A stretch of 63,803 nt of DNA, filler included, from Octopus bimaculoides (lineage: Eukaryota): the NCBI RefSeq assembly GCF_001194135.2. It is 6 parts of 5 records of this genome, joined end to end, with 100 filler letters (N's around TTAATTAATTAA, not from the genome) between each part and the next. Parts side by side here need not be neighbours in the genome. Positions count along the whole stretch, not along the records: positions 40,678 to 53,292 come from NC_068991.1; positions 53,393 to 61,310 come from NC_068986.1; positions 61,411 to 62,640 come from NC_068996.1; positions 62,741 to 63,803 come from NC_068987.1; 2 more parts are not named here. One strand, 5' to 3'. Each line of letters opens with the position of its first letter. Position 1 is the first letter of the stretch. Under the pieces are notes generated by a model. The model searched no databases. It was given only the letters and a program-made list of their open reading frames with translations, and was not told where the DNA came from. This document shows positions 51,026-63,431 of the stretch, piece after piece. A program made the translations under genes and the position numbers.

Positions 51026-51400
51026 AGAGAGAGACTGAAGTTAAATGGATATTTATATTGTCTTCTCTCTCTCTTGTAGTAAAGATACTCAACGGGGGAA
51101 TGTAAAAGGCAGAGTTTCAGGTTAAACATACTTCATTCCCCATTCCTCAAAGTCACGAGTTCAAAAGTGAACTTTCCTAATCCTTTCGTCTATTTTAGAA
51201 TATGATTTAATCCAATACATAACACGCCAGCAAGTACGGTGAGATTTTACATCAGCTGAAGAGCCACAAACTAGGCTGAAACATCTATATATATATATAT
51301 AGTGAATCCAAACAAAGAAGAACAAAAAAAAAAAAACAATTACGCGAGGATGTGGTACAAGTACTGTATTATCAGATGCTCAGGAAAGGAAGAAAAGAGG

Positions 51401-51435
51401 ATTTAACGTTTCGAGCCAAACTCTTCTTCAGAAAT
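51401..51435 (-). ncRNA. Minimal hammerhead motif, family A
   Basis: Minus strand: ATTT-CTGAAGA-A-GAGT TTG GCTC-GAAA-CG-T-T-AAAT. Flanks align with the repeat at ~18330-18500. Confidence 0.6.
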
Positions 51436-51590
51436 AGAGGAAAGTCCAAAAGAAGGGAAGATGGAGGAAGAAAATCGCCAACGATACACACGTAGTTACA
51501 TTTTGAAATGACCGGAAGGGAATGGGTGAAGAAAAGGTTCTTTCACTTTTGTAATTATATGTATATAGATAGATATACGTATAAATAATG

Positions 51591-51638
<48 letters not shown>

Positions 51639-52139
51639 GCATGTTTGTATGTCGATACCTGCCCTTGTCTGTGAGTACGAAAGAAACAAAAACAAACAAA
51701 AAATAAATCACAAAAAGTCGAGAACAAACAAGTTGTAAAGAAGAATTATAGAGATATAATATTTGGTAGACCAATATGGTGTGTGTGTGTGGGGGTGTGT
51801 GTGGAAAGGACAAGATGGCAGTCTCTTGTAAAACATTCCTGAAATGGACACCGAACAACTCTGATTGTAGCATCTCAATAACTAAAAAGATTTGGAAAAA
51901 TAATTCAAAAATGTCGGTGACCTCATGGAAGAGGAAGGAGAGGAAGAAGGGGAAAAGGGAGGAAAGGAGAGAGGAGGAGGAGGAGGAAAAGATCAACAAA
52001 AAGGGATTGGAAACTGTAGAACCAGCAACTTCAACAACACCAACAACAACATCAGGAACAATAAACATGAAGAAACAAAACGTCATCCTAGTTTTGGCTT
52101 TCTTGAAATTTGACCTTCTGGATTAATAATAATAATAAC

Positions 52140-52198
<59 letters not shown>

Positions 52199-52319
52199 CG
52201 GAAACGATTAAATTTCTACCCTGGGAAACAATAAGCCAGGAAGAAATATCTTGATACAAACACCACCACCACCACCACCACAACCACCACTTAACTGGTA
52301 CTCTCTTTCTCTCTCTCTT

Positions 52320-52379
<60 letters not shown>

Positions 52380-53392
52380 NNNNNNNNNNATATTAATATA
52401 TTTATACATATATACATGTGTGTGTGTGTGTGTGTGTGCCCGCGCTTTTGCGTCTATGCTTGTGATCTCCATCACTTGACAACCGGTGTTGGTGTGCTTG
52501 CGTCTCTGTAACTTAGCGCGTCGGCAATAGAAACCGATAGAATAAGTACTAGAATTAAAAAATAAGTTCAGGGGTCAGCTAAAATTCTTACGGATGGTGC
52601 TCTAGCATGGCCGCAATCAAATGATTGAAATATGCAAAAGATTAAAAGTTTCATGCATACATACGTACATACATACATACATACATACATACATACGTGT
52701 GTGTGTGAAATGCGATGATATATATATATGTCGTGGTTTTGACTAGGGCGGATCTCAACTTGCTAGGATGTGACCCATGAACTGTGGTCAACAAGACATT
52801 CTCTGTGGTACATCTCAAATGTGACCTGCAGGATATGATGGCGAAATTGCTACGGACTGCCGTAAACCCAGATATCGCTTGAGCTCCACCTTCCTAACCC
52901 TACGCTCTCCTATTGTCCCCTTCCGAGCAGTTTAACCTTTGAGATTATACGTTTTCATACTCTTCTTCTGCCGTCGGAGACCTTGACTATTCTTTAGAGA
53001 TCTGCTCCTCTAGATTTGCCCACGTTCTTCCCGTGGAGATTTTAGCTGGGACGGTCTTGCTGCCAAATCAGGGGTTCAGACCTTTCTCTGAAAATGACTG
53101 ATCGCCTGAGGATGTAAGGACTTGTGCTTGAGAGTCAAAATATTGTTTGTCTCTCAGTGAAAGGCGCTACCTCTATGCAACATTTAACCTATATATATAT
53201 ATAGTGTTGTGTGTGAGGAGAGGAGAGAGAGATAGAGAGAAAGATACAGAGAGAAATCAGTACATTATATATATATATATATATATATATATNNNNNNNN
53301 NNNNNNNNNNNNNNNNNNNNNNNNNNNNNNNNNNNNTTAATTAATTAANNNNNNNNNNNNNNNNNNNNNNNNNNNNNNNNNNNNNNNNNNNN

Positions 53393-53423
<31 letters not shown>

Positions 53424-54123
53424 TGCATACATAAAAAATAGCACATCAAGTACAGGACATCACCAACGAACGAAAACACGCAAACACACGAGAGACAAGC
53501 ATAGGCCAAAAAAAGTGTGTGTATGTGGATTTTGTCCTCCATCACCGCCTGATAACTGGTTTGGGTTTGTGTACGTCCTCGTAATTATAGCAGTTCAGCA
53601 AGAGAGACCGATAGAATAAGTAACGGGCTTTAAAAATGTACTGGTATCAATTTGTTGGACTAAAACCTACATAGCTGCAGTCCAACGACTGAAACAAATA
53701 ACAGGTAAAAGGTTAAAAAGACATATGAATATATATGTCAAATGCATATTTTGAATATGGCTGTAGAATATTAAACCACCGGCCTTTAATATGTTTCAAT
53801 GCTTAAAGTTATTTGGCCACAAGGAACCACCATTGATATTTAAAAAAATTCTTTGCTACAGGAACTATGAGTTGGAACTACCAATATGTTGAACTAGCAA
53901 TATATTGAAATTGTTGACACCTCCAGAGTGTTGGTCCATGGCTTTGGTTTTTCAGGTAATTGCGTTTCTTTACTTCTGTTGAGGTTTGGGTGATTGGGCT
54001 TACTTTCATGGTGGTAACTTTGATCCGATGTTTAAGTTATCGGTTGATGAGAATAAACATACAGAAGTCTGAAATTTGAGGAGGGGTTTTACAGCAAGGA
54101 AAATCAATGCCTATATTAACGTT

Positions 54124-55017
54124 ACTAGCTGACATACCCGGTAATTCCCGGGAAAGCGGGGCTTATCCTTTGGTTCCGTTCTCATAATTGTTTCGCTAAT
54201 CCAATAACAACAATACAAAGTATGTAACCCTTAAAACAGTTTTTGTGCATTTACAGAAAATACCGAACTGTCTTAGACAGGATCTTGTTTTTAGGAATTC
54301 CCAATATGTTATGAATACCCAAATTGTGAAGTCAGTTATGTAATAACATGAAATTAGTTACCCGATAGTAAGAATTCAAATAAAGTAGCCCCGAAAAGGG
54401 CTTTAATGCGTTCCCAAAGTATATAGAACACTGTAGGAAATACTAATTAAGGTATGTATACTAAAATCATGAAGCATATTACGTAATAACAGGCTAATCA
54501 GATATGAGATAATAGCAATTCAAAGTAAATAACTCTAAAAAGGGCTTTTGTGCGTTCCCAGAGAATATTATCCTCAGGGGCGCTAGTATTGGAATATTCG
54601 TGAATAAATCACTAACCGAAATAAGTGGATCTATTGTTTAAGCGTTGTACTGGATAAATTGCGAAAATAACTCTAATAGTTCAAATACTAGGAAATAAGC
54701 ATACTCAATTTCATTTTTACCAAATAATTTAGAAAAATTAATGGGTCATTTCTCTTGGCTATATAAAAGGATCCCTTCCAAGGGCGAATGGGTTATTTCC
54801 CTTGGCTTTTAAAATAAAATATATTAGATATATATATAAGGATCCCTTCCAGGGGCCCTATTATCGATTTTTTTTTCAAAAATCTGAGTATGCCATCAGG
54901 TTTCCAGACGTGAGTTCTACTCACGTATCAAGTTTCATCAAAATCGATAAAACGATGTAGGAGGAGTTAGCTTAACAAACACACTCACAGACAGAATTTC
55001 CCACATATGTAGTAGAT
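54124..55017 (+). mobile_element. Helentron/Helitron-related non-autonomous element (HINE/Lep1-like)
   Basis: 5' ACTAGCTG..ACCCGG-TAATTC-CCGGG mini-hairpin. 3' AAGTTTCATCAAAATCG...ACAAACACACTCACAGACAGA...TAGTAGAT resembles Lep1-type ends. Internal direct repeats. Classification is from motif recall only. Confidence 0.5.
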
Positions 55018-55422
55018 TAAAGTTAGAGATGATAATTAATTCATTCATGTATTTTTTTTCCGATGGTATCTGTAATTTCATAATGCTGCGCTGCTTCTTT
55101 TGTTTGTATGGCTCTGGAAGAAGAACAATATTTACGTGAGAGATGGTTAGTATATCTGTAGGAAAGTATGTCTCCTATCAGTGCCAGTTGTACAATAAGG
55201 CTAAGGACATGAATGTCTGAGTAACGATATACTGTAAGCTGGAAATATCAAATATTTATAAAATTTTACTCTGTTTAAGGTATTGAAGTATTCCTTTTTC
55301 ATGCTTATCGTGTACATGATCCCACCTATAAACACACAAATAATTGTACGCTGCACCCACATGTCGAACACTCTAGCCGAGCCGAGACAACCAGTTTGAA
55401 TATAGAATGAAAAACATCTCTA

Positions 55423-56083
55423 GGATCTATTTCAAAACGGGGGCACCAGTTTTCATTTATGTTTTATGTAGTGTTTTTGGCACCGAAAGACTTTCAAACT
55501 TCGTATACTTATCTATTTTGTGTTATAGAACAGAAAAATATTTTTATATTCGAATTTATTTCATGTAAAAAATTGTCTTATTTCGATAATTTCTACTAAT
55601 CACTGACGTCTATTCAGTTGAAAACAGTTAGCGCTGTAACGGTGTATATCGTATTAATCCCCTAACCCTAACCCTAACGCTAACTAGACTGTTAACCCTA
55701 ACCCTAACCCTAAAACTAACCCTAACTCTAGAATCCGAACTCTAAAATTGTTACACACATAGATACGCACAGCGTAATTTATTATATAAACAATATATGC
55801 GTATAAATTACGATTAAACCGGATGAAATATGTCACAGGGAATAACATTTTTATGACCGCCCAGCAGTAACTCTATTCAGCTGAATAGACGTCAGTGATT
55901 GGTTGAAATTACAGAAATACGACAACTTTAACATGGAATAACTTGCGATGTACGTTTTTTTGTTAAGAAGACTAAGAGTAAAAGATGTTTTATATGACAC
56001 ATTCTACCAGTGTCCCAAGTTTCAAAGTGTTTCGTTAGTGTTTCGTTAAGAAAATACTGGTGCCCCCGTTTTGAAATAGATCC
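55423..56083. mobile_element. Non-autonomous DNA transposon with 28-bp perfect TIRs, 8-bp TSD and internal (CCCTAA)n
   Basis: TIR GGATCTATTTCAAAACGGGGGCACCAGT at 55423-55450 and inverted at 56056-56083. Flanks CATCTCTA / CATCTGTA (7 of 8 match). Inner inverted repeat 55598-55622 / 55876-55900 (24 of 25 match). Telomere-type hexamers at ~55659-55730. Confidence 0.88.
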
Positions 56084-58209
56084 CATCTGTATAACGAGGA
56101 ACATGATCTGCATAAAACTGTCAATCAGTGAAGGCATTCTCAAATAATGTATTGGAAATTCCACTTTTACAAGGACTGTCTAGTAAATCCCACTGTACTA
56201 CACACTATGAATAAAATCGCGAAACTGCCTTCCACAAATTAAAGAAATTAAGAACTTTGAAACGAAACACCTGGAGATTCTTAAAATACAACACATTTAT
56301 AACGAAGACGTTTTAGCTTGGGGTCACCACATATAACGAGGAGGGTGAATGAGGAATGTGTTGTGAGATATGTACAACTTGAGATGGAATAAACTGGTAA
56401 GTGACGTTTTATTCTTCGTTATAAAATACGATCTTTGCAATACATGAATTAACATAACATAACAGGTTATTACAAAGATGTGTGAAAGAACTTCGTGGTT
56501 AGGTTGGACTGTTGATGTTGTAGGCATAGTTGACGTGATGTTGGTGGTGTGTAGAGAAAACTGTTGGTCGTGTGATGTTCATACAGCAATGGTGTAGACA
56601 GGCATCTGGAGGAGATGATGAGAACGGAGACTGGCTGGTGTCGTTGCTGGAGACAAGATGCATGTGTGGTCAGTGGCGCGTGCCAAAGACCTAGAACAGT
56701 CGAGAACTGCTTTACTTATAGGGAATAGGAGGCTCCCAGAGCTGGTGATTAATTTGTCACGTAAGGAAAAATAAACTGTTGCACCAACGTGATTGGACGG
56801 CTGGAAGCCGACCAATACAAACAACAGAGTCGTTTAATCACGAAGTCATGTGACCTCTAGAAGGAAAAGGGCTTGAGGAGCCGTTTTATGGGTATTTAAG
56901 CCTAGATGAGTTAAAACGATAACATCTCACAACGAAAGTGTAAATCACTTCTGCTACAAATGTAAACCTAAGTCTGACACTACGACTAACAAAATTTAGA
57001 TTAAAATATATACGCAGAACACCGTTTGAAATTACGTGAAAGCTAATCACCAATTCCAAAGAGAATTTAACCATAACAAAAAAAAATAATATTCACAATA
57101 CTCAAACAATGAAAAATGCAGCGTTTATCCATACATTAAGCATTCGTAATCTTTACAGAGCCAGGTCGACAAATTTTGAAAAAAATTAATTACTGCTCAA
57201 TCAAGCTACGCTGTAAGTTCTAAGGGAAACGCTACGCTCTAGAACATAGATTAAATTAATAGTTGGTATGGATGCCGAATTTCGTTATGCAATCATAATA
57301 TATTATCTTTTATAAGTCCATACTGTGTTCACCTATGTTAACATTTTAAATTTATGTACTGAATCGTGCAAGCATGAAGTGGATTCGATCCACCATAGCC
57401 AAATTTAAATTAACGCTTCAACAGAACTTTTCTCTAGGTGGAACAATAATTTTTCTGTAACAGCAGTTTTACATTTGCCAGATTGCCTTAGCTAGGCCGA
57501 AATAATGCCTTCACCACTTGACCTTTCTCACTTCTATTTCACCAAAAGCTAGAATTAAGATAACAAGACCACCAACTAAATCTATTGTTCTCAACGATAT
57601 GTCTATCCTTCTGGATAGTTATAAAAGCAACAACCCCAAGCAAAAATCAGTTAGTGACTTGGTGACAACTGAGTTAGTGGGCTTGTGACAACTCAATCAG
57701 TTAGTTAATGAATGACAAACTCGAGTCAGAGACAGCTACCATCAGTTAGGGAACAGAACGCTAGAATCATGATCCAAAGCAAGGCAACTACTAAAGACAA
57801 TGGTCAAATGGAGAAATGAAATTTCCTGTCAGCAGCTATGAGACCCAACTTCCCACGCTCTCCCACTTCTCTGCACATTACTATATCTCTTTCTATGGTT
57901 TACTACTAAAATACGAACATACAGGCCGAAATTAACTTTTTTTACTTCGCACGCTCTAGGATTTTATTCACTTGCCCGTCGAGGCAAGGTATATTTGATG
58001 TAACGGTAAATGAATATTTTCTTCACAACTTCAATCACTGTTCTTTCATCTTTACATAATGGCTATCAACGAAGAACCAATCCTTACGCACTAATTACGA
58101 CTCCGACATTCCATGCTACTGTGTATCGACTATATTTAATATACTTGGTAGTATATTATGGTTGCATAACGGAATACAGTGTCCATACCAGCAATTAATT
58201 CAATTTCAC

Positions 58210-59045
58210 CTCACATTGCTTTACTCTTTGCTTCTTCTCGGGTGGCTAGTAGAAATATTCCTATATTGTCACAAACTACAAGTGCACGGGAGGACGTGCA
58301 GAGTGCAGCAACAGCAGGGGAATCTCTCTTCTGGTTACCACCGACAAGATCCTCTCGTATTCTCTCTGACATCTATTTCATGTTGTCGACTTGGTTCTTC
58401 CTAAGTGCCAATACAGATTTCGACCAGAAAGAAACACTTCCTATATAATATTTGTGGCCCGTCTACTCGTTGAAAAATGTCTTGCACAAAAGATAGATGT
58501 TACGCCTTCATCTATCTAACAAAAGCGTTTGACACCGTCGACCGTCCTATGCTGTGATGCCTGCCTCAGATATTTAGCTGTCCACCAACATTTCTCTCAA
58601 TCGTCCAGAATAACAATCGGCAGTGAAGCCTCGGATCCTTTTGATGACCAGGTAAAGAAAAGATGAGTCCTTGTTCCTGTACTGTTTAACATTTACCGCT
58701 ATGATAGCAGCATCTTTATCATTCGGCGCCTAAAAGCCACATCAAAACCCTTCTTTACCACAGTGTACGAAATTCAGTATGCTAACAATTCAGCTGAACC
58801 ACCTCATACATCTGCCTCTCTTCAACGCATGACGAACTCAACAGACAGTGCCTATTCTTAGATCGGTCTTCAAGTGAATCATCGAAAAATTGAAGTTCTT
58901 CGGTCAGCCTCTTCGTACTCACCTCCTTCTCAGCCTGTCCTTGTTGATGGTGCTCTTCTACTGCAGGCGGACTCATTCTGCTATCTTGGAGGTACAATCT
59001 CTAACACTGGACTCCTTGACGAGGCGATACTCCATCGGATCGACT
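58210..59045 (+). mobile_element. RTE-clade LINE reverse-transcriptase fragment, heavily mutated
   Basis: Across frameshifts: YKCTGGRAECSNSRGISL, KILSRIL, FRPERNTSYIIFVARLLVEKC, YLTKAFDTVDR, VLVPVLFNIY, EIQYAN, VDGALLLQADSFCYLGGTISN..LDEAILHRI. These follow the order of RTE RT domains. Confidence 0.85.
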
Positions 59046-59070
59046 TTCGGGAGATACAGGGAACGTCGTA

Positions 59071-59295
59071 GTCATCATTATAGAAGCATAAGTGTCCATG
59101 TTGTGTCGGCGTCAGGGTTACCATCATCGATGGATAGTTGTCCATGTCTGGTCACCATTATAGTTGGATTGTGTCCACGTCCCGTCGGACATCATTATAG
59201 AAGGATAAGGTGATGGATATGTTCATTTTCACGTCAGGGTCAACACTTTAGATGGTTTGTGTCCACATCACGTCGGGGGTCACCACTTTAGTTGT
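59071..59295. repeat. Degenerate ~40-bp minisatellite
   Basis: Motif GTCA(C/T/A)CA(C/T)T(A/T)TAG recurs at 59071, 59151, 59188, 59239 and 59279, most followed by TGTCCA. Confidence 0.6.
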
Positions 59296-60469
59296 TATCG
59301 GTTGTAGTGTCATCTAATGAGACTCCGCTCAGAAGGCTGTTATATTATTTGGTGGTAAAGAATGTATAAAACACAAGGTGGTGACTTTAAATACGTTTAT
59401 TGTGGTCACACAAGCTGAATGGAAGTGGTTGATGTACATTTGCATATATATCTACAGGCATCTGCGTGGGTTGTATGTTAGCTGTTAACCCTGGTGAGAA
59501 TCTCACGAACAGCGATGTGTAGGAACTAGTGCAGTGTGTTGGTGCTGTTTAGATGTTGGCAATGTTGGTGAGAGACATCAGTGGTGGCGACGAAGATGGG
59601 GGTCGCTGCAATGTGGTCAGTGGTTAGACCTTAGAAAGTCTGGAACCAACTGACGCCGAGCCTATTAATAATCATGCTCGTTTGGAACAGACTGTCTCAC
59701 GAGGCTTATTTGAAGGCTGCGATTGGTTGGGTTGCATATTGGCGCGCGATGGAGTAAGAGACAAATTGCGCCAATACCAACCAATCGAGTGGTAGACACA
59801 ACGGAGTCCAAAACAGCGCCCAAAGGTTAGCTGTTACCTGCTACGTTCGTAAGTATGTAATATAAGAGAGGAAGCTCACTAGAGTTCGCTACAGACCTTT
59901 TATCGGCACCACATAAGACAACTGGAAGCGTTCCATATCAGATCTCTCAGATCGTTCCATATCAGATCTCTCATACTAAAATCCTCCCGAGGGCCGGGAT
60001 CTATAGCGTTGAGGCCTGCATCCTTTGTTATCTTCTCCGCTGGGTCGGCCATTTGANNNNNNNNNNNNNNNNNNNNNNNNNNNNNNNNNNNNNNNNNNNN
60101 NNNNNNNNNNNNNNNNNNNNNNNNNNNNNNNNNNNNNNNNNNNNNNNNNNNNNNNNNNNNNNNNNNNNNNNNNNNNNNNNNNNNNNNNNNNNNNNNNNNN
60201 NNNNNNNNNNNNNNNNNNNNNNNNNNNNNNNNNNNNNNNNNNNNNNNNNNNNNNNNNNNNNNNNNNNNNNNNNNNNNNNNNNNNNNNNNNNNNNNNNNNN
60301 NNNNNNNNNNNNNNNNNNNNNNNNNNNNNNNNNNNNNNNNNNNNNNNNNNNNNNNNNNNNNNNNNNNNNNNNNNNNNNNNNNNNNNNNNNNNNNNNNNNN
60401 NNNNNNNNNNNNNNNNNNNNNNNNNNNNNNNNNNNNNNNNNNNNNNNNNNNNNNNNNNNNNNNNNNNNN

Positions 60470-60518
<49 letters not shown>

Positions 60519-60586
60519 CATACATACACACATACATACATACATACATACATACATACATACATACATGCATACATACATACATA

Positions 60587-61041
60587 CGAGGGTGGGTTGA
60601 AAAGTTCATAGGCTGATTATGAAGGAGTGACGCTAGAGTAGTGGAATCTAGTATGCATTAATTTAAACCATTCTTATTAATAACCGAGTTGCTTCTTTCT
60701 AGGGTGACTAACATCTAACTATTCAAAGAAGACTTCAAAAGTAATTAGTAGCGACTTCTCTTGATAATGGACAAAATTTGGATTCGTAATGTCATCAAGT
60801 ACCTGCAGAAAGGGGTTTATCTCACAATGACATTCATACTGACATAGTTGCTACATTAAGAGATGACGCTCCAGCTTTATTAACATTGCAAAAGTGAGCA
60901 GCTGAATTTAGGAGGGGAAGAGAGTCTTGAAGATGACCCAAAGTCTGGATGTCCTGCAACTGCCATTGCCGATGAAAACATTGATTGTTTCACCACATGC
61001 TGATAGATGATAGGCGATTGACTTTAAATGAAATAGGCAAT
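60587..61041 (+). mobile_element. Mariner transposon 5' end (left TIR plus N-terminal HTH of transposase), decayed
   Basis: TA|CGAGGGTGGGTTGAAAAGTTC terminus. ATG at 60767 gives MDKIWIRNVIKYLQK.GLSHNDIHTDIVATLRDDAP....K*AAEFRRG.ESLEDDPKSGCPATA..DENID....MLIDDRRLT, typical of mariner. Contains frameshifts and a stop. Confidence 0.92.
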
Positions 61042-61305
61042 TGTTATGTTTCCCTCGGGTGACTCGCAGAGATAACATAACGAGTTATACAATTTAATTA
61101 TTACATTTATTGTTCAATTACATACAAAGAACGCACTCACCCAATGTTCGTTATGAATAAACAAAAGTCATGTCCGCCATATATATATCAATGACATTTT
61201 ACTACGACAGTCCCACAAGACAACAACAATGAAACAATGAACTCAGACGAACCACATGACACACGGAACGTCAGACGAATTACATATCTAACAGTCCATA
61301 TAACA
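61042..61305 (-). mobile_element. Solo LTR (264 bp) inserted into the mariner transposase
   Basis: Termini TGTTAT...ATAACA with exact 5-bp TSD GCAAT at 61037-61041 and 61306-61310. On the minus strand a TATA-like run precedes AATAAA, as in a U3-R-U5 layout. Confidence 0.85.
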
Positions 61306-61444
61306 GCAATNNNNNNNNNNNNNNNNNNNNNNNNNNNNNNNNNNNNNNNNNNNNTTAATTAATTAANNNNNNNNNNNNNNNNNNNNNNNNNNNNNNNNNN
61401 NNNNNNNNNNGTGTGTGTGTGTATGTATGTGTGTGTGGGTGTGT

Positions 61445-61482
<38 letters not shown>

Positions 61483-62471
61483 GTTTATTTGTGTTAACCA
61501 TTGTCAAAACATTCCGTGATTGTTGTAAGTGAACAATTATTGTCCTGCAAGGAAAACTGTTCGTCTCCAGTTTTCCGCGGAAAACATGCCAAACCATGAG
61601 AAAATATTACCCCGCTCGGAAATAGGTGAGGTTTGGCGACGGGAAGGGTATCCCACTGTAAAATTTCCACATCAGCTAATTGCATTTGACCCATGCAGTT
61701 CAGTGATCATCAAATACGCAGCTGGTTACTGGAATTTAAACTTTAACAAGAAACATCTTGTAACACATTCTATTAAATTCATTTGATAGTAATGTTCATT
61801 TAATTGTAACAACAATAACAGAAATAAATGTACTTAACTTTGGTTCTTATTGATTCGTGCGTTCAATTCTAATTCATTCCTGCTTAGTAAATCTCAGCAC
61901 ACACAAGAAAATGTATTGTTTGCAGTTTTCAAATTATAGGAACGGCAATTCCCAGCCTAACTGTAAATAATTGTAGCAGTATCTTTCACTAAAAAAGCGA
62001 AACCACATCGTGCCTTTTAGTCCGCTGAAGTAATTTTAAGCGGGCTTCGTTGTGCTCTTATGGAAAATGTCTAAATGTAAATATAATTTTTTTGCCCACA
62101 AACCCCTTTGATTCCTATTTTACTCAGATGGACCCTCAGAGTCATACAATGTTTAAATAAATTCCTTTTATATTTTTATAATTAAATATTATTAGGAATT
62201 GTATTAAATAAATTGTTGAAATATTTTGTGTCTTGTAGAGGTATAATCAATTTATTGCAGATAAATTTTAGTAAAATCATATGTGAACTCCAGGGACCAT
62301 ATAGATCCCGGTTGAGAACTACTACTCTACTGTCTACAAGCGTGTATAAAAATTACAAGCACATCTTCGCTGTATACACACATAACTGTACTTACACACA
62401 TACATGTATGTATTATTCATTAACTAGAAAATAAGAAAGGATTCTTCTATCTGGAAAAAAGAACAAAAAAT

Positions 62472-62628
62472 CAGGAGTGGCTGTGTGGTAAGTATCTTGC
62501 TTACCATCCACATGGTTCCGGGTTCAGTCCCAATACGCGGCAGCTTGGATAAGTGTCTTCTGCTATAGCCTCGGGTTGACCAAAGCCTTTTGAGTGGATT
62601 TGGTAGACGGAAACTGAAGGAAGCCTGT
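62472..62628 (+). mobile_element. SINE type 1 head/core
   Basis: CAGGAGTGGCTGTGTGGTAAG...GGTTCAGTCCC...GGAAACTGAAGGAAGCC followed by (TA)n and a gap. Confidence 0.85.
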
Positions 62629-63431
62629 AGTATATATATANNNNNNNNNNNNNNNNNNNNNNNNNNNNNNNNNNNNNNNNNNNNTTAATTAATTAANNNN
62701 NNNNNNNNNNNNNNNNNNNNNNNNNNNNNNNNNNNNNNNNTCAAGTTGTCTACATGACAGTTACTTTGTTGAAGGTTGTGTATACGCACATATATACATA
62801 TGCATATACACATATGTAAACACACACACACACACATATATGTGTGTGTGTGTGTGTTTGCCCCTCTCACCGTCGTCTAACGGTGAATTGATACGACGTC
62901 TTAGATACATATATGTACATATATAACCTTACTTATACATATATAAACAAGTATACACAATCATATTGACACTCATACACACTCACAAATATACATATTA
63001 TCTTAAAGTATACACGCATATACGCTTAACCATCACTACACCTATACATATACACACACACACATATACACATACACATATACAAATACGTATGACACTA
63101 ATACAAGGATAACGGTTAAAATTCAAATATGCATTGTTTTCCTTTTCTTTTATTATAACCTTTTTTTTTTCTCAATAAACATACCACACATAGATGTATC
63201 TACACATACTCATATCTACACATACTTATACGCCCATGCATGCACACACTCATAGTCACATACACAACACATACACACATGTGCACACACACATACATCT
63301 ACACACACGCACATACATATCAAACTTTATACGCTCATACGGTTATATATAATAACATATATGTATGTATTATGCATCTCAACATGTATGTATGGAAAGG
63401 AATTCCACGTATAAAAGAGAAAGAAGAGTGA

